From positions 14,670,353 through 14,721,382 of the forward strand of contig NC_069002.1 of the NCBI RefSeq assembly GCF_001194135.2: a stretch of DNA of 51,030 nucleotides, read 5' to 3'. The translations under genes were made by a program, and so were the position numbers. The notes beneath the pieces were generated by a model. That model was not told where the DNA came from. It made no database searches and saw nothing but the letters and a program-made list of their open reading frames with translations. Position 1 is the first letter of the stretch. Each line of letters begins with the position of its first letter. This stretch comes from Octopus bimaculoides (Eukaryota). Positions 48,653 through 51,030 of the stretch are shown here, piece by piece.

Positions 48653-49472
48653 ATTTGATAAGTTTCTAACATAAAATTCGCAATATTTTGAAAATTTAAG
48701 AAACTGATGTGAGAAACCGGATACTAACCAAATGTGCTTTTCCTTTGTTTCTACTTTCAAGACGACCGAGTATAATTTCAGAGCAAATTGGCTGCTATTT
48801 CAAGGACATCAATCAACCGCACAGTGACTTCATTGCTGAATAGTTGTTGCTGCTGATGTTACTGTCGTTGTAGTTGTTCAAACACCAATACAATGAGAAA
48901 TAAATAAAACGAGAGAGCAACCTTTGATTAAACAATCTTTATCTTTACAATAAGATAATTCTGTAACATTTGTAAATGGCATCGCGGAGTAAAACGAAAA
49001 ATTCAATTATTACTTAATATTCTAAGAATTTCTCTCGTATCTATTCTCATATCAAAGATTCTTTCTTCCTTTTTCTTTTTCATCCTTCTTTTCCATCTCC
49101 TTCCTTCCTTCCTTCTTCGTTTCCTTCTTTCTCCTTCGTTTCCGCCCTTTCTTTCCTTTTCTTCGTCTTTATGCATTTCCCTTCTCTTTCTCTTCTTTTT
49201 TTCTTTCCATCCTTTTATTTTTCGTCTTTTTTCTTCTCTTATTTCTTGCTTCTCCTTCTTTTCCTTCGTCATTCTCTCTCTTCTTTCGTTTTCTATCGCA
49301 AATTCTTTCACTTTTCCTCTTTTTCAGTTTTCTTACATTTTTTTTTATTGTTCTTCTTCTTCATTATCTTAGTCTTCAGCTTTCTTATTCTTAACTCCTA
49401 TTCTGCCTCTTGTTGCTGTTGTTGATCTCCTTTTTTTACCACCACCACCACCACCACCACCACCACCACCAG

Positions 49473-49511
<39 letters not shown>

Positions 49512-49519
49512 CGTACACC

Positions 49520-49615
49520 GCGGCAGGAATGAATGCAGAACGCGAGGGTTAGGAATAAGAACCGTAGTGCATTTCGTCCTTCGTTTTACTAGATCTGCCA
49601 GTTGCTCCCTTATTT
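49520..49615 (-). mobile_element. Old SINE family A head remnant
   Basis: gcatttcgtcc...atctgccagttgctccctta resembles the reverse complement of the family A head. Confidence 0.45.
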
Positions 49616-51030
49616 GCCTAACTTGCTCTGTTCGTTATCTAGTCATGAATACCACTGGAATTTAGGGGATTGGGGGAAATCATCCTCAAAGCAAAAACCT
49701 GGTCTGAGCCCTTGCAAGTCTACGACATAACTCAACTACACGGCGTACTTGAGGTCCAGGTGGTAGAGCTAAACAGGGCGAACGAGTTAAGTCTCCCATC
49801 TAGAATCGAACTTCTTAATCACACTGCCGTGCTGTATTTAATGGCGACTGGACATTGTGGTGTCGTGATGGGTAAAATGATTGCAGTTCAGTCTTGTTTG
49901 TTTCAATAATAAAGTGGTTATCGGATAATTGCCGCTATAATAGGTTTGATTAATGAAATAGACAAAACACACAACATATCGGGAGAGGTCAGAGATCAAA
50001 GGTCAAGTCATAATTTAATTATATCGCCCTTAGCTCTTGACTCGTACTCATATGATAGTCTCCAGAAATATTTGAAGTCGATGCTGGCCGTATTTGAACC
50101 TAAACCTTAAAGAAAATTAACTAAATACAACAATAACCTTGTTATTCACCTACTTATTTTAGGCACCGCGATTAAGACCATGCTGGAGCACTTGTTAAGT
50201 TCTTCATAAGTATTTTTATCCTTTTTTTTCTACGTCTCTTTAATTAGAATGGTAAATTCCAATTACAGCCTGCTTCGATAATCTTGGACTAACAATATTA
50301 CAATCGTTAATTTTGTTCTCACCTGCAAGCAACCTAAAGAAATACATTATTATAATTATATTATGTGCTGTTGACCAAATTAGTTTATTAATTATGCATA
50401 AGATTTTAAATTTAGCTTGTCTGTAAACTACTTAGAGATTAAAAGCTCTAGGGTAGCTGTACTTATTTCCAGCTAATGTAGATTTGAAATAAGAACCGAA
50501 CAACAATAGCACAACAATAATTCGGCATTCATGCCATAGTGAACGTGTTAAATTAATTGCGTATAAGAATATATACAATTTGTAATTGATGTAAAATGCA
50601 GAATAAAGTATATACGGAGACTGGAATAATGCCTTTTACTTTGCAAATCAGTTGGTAACTGGACGAACGAAGATCCACGTTTAGGCGACAGTATTAACGA
50701 TTAGCAGCTATGATCCATAGCAAAGTTTTTCAGCTCTTCTTTGGCTGCATTTTTCTTTCTGCTTCTATTCACAGTTCTCATTTTTTTTTCCTGATTAGAG
50801 ACGCTAATTAGGATGCTAATTAAAGATGTAAATCGTTCGTGGGTAATCTCATAAAGCTGATTTTTTTTCTTTAAATCACTTCTTTTTGTCTTGCCTCAGT
50901 TTTTATTTACTTTTCTTTTAATGTTTATCTCGTGATTGTTTATCGTTCGATAATTCCTTTTAGAATAGATTTTAGTAGGATTAAATAAAAGAAAGAAAAC
51001 GAATATTGTTACCATAATAACGATTATATA

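Noticed and set aside
49670-49909. 79-aa plus-strand ORF (also 40002-40256 and 12052-12243 on the minus strand)
   Set aside because: They start at GTG/TTG or lack clear splice support, show no homology, and their lengths are compatible with chance.

Overview
AT-rich, microsatellite-dense metazoan genomic DNA with 12 assembly gaps (about 4.7 kb of N). The SINE/LINE repertoire points to an octopus (coleoid cephalopod) draft assembly; this is an inference. The only confidently recognisable host gene is the C-terminal half of WRNIP1 (MgsA/RarA-family AAA+ ATPase), as four minus-strand exons with canonical, phase-matched GT-AG junctions: 7702-7916, 6716-6871, 5873-5952 and 4645-4810. I could not find its Walker A/B exons or its last exon in the readable sequence. 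The rest is mostly decayed mobile DNA: several tRNA-derived SINE families, Tc1/mariner remnants (including a DD37D element), L1/Tx1-, RTE- and R4/Dong-clade LINE fragments, Penelope-like tails and TTAA-flanked MITEs. Most ORFs in the supplied track are microsatellite or N-run artefacts. I see no convincing wholly new system. The best leads are: (1) an ORF1-only (HAL1-like) retroelement whose 3' tail resembles a SINE tail; (2) a minimal hammerhead-ribozyme-like motif in a Penelope-like tail; (3) R4/Dong LINE fragments with junctions in (TAA)n; (4) a dimeric SINE inside a single 15-bp TSD; (5) inverted SINE-like repeats bracketing a frame-symmetric WRNIP1 exon; (6) an orphan protein-like terminal exon at 47524-47783.
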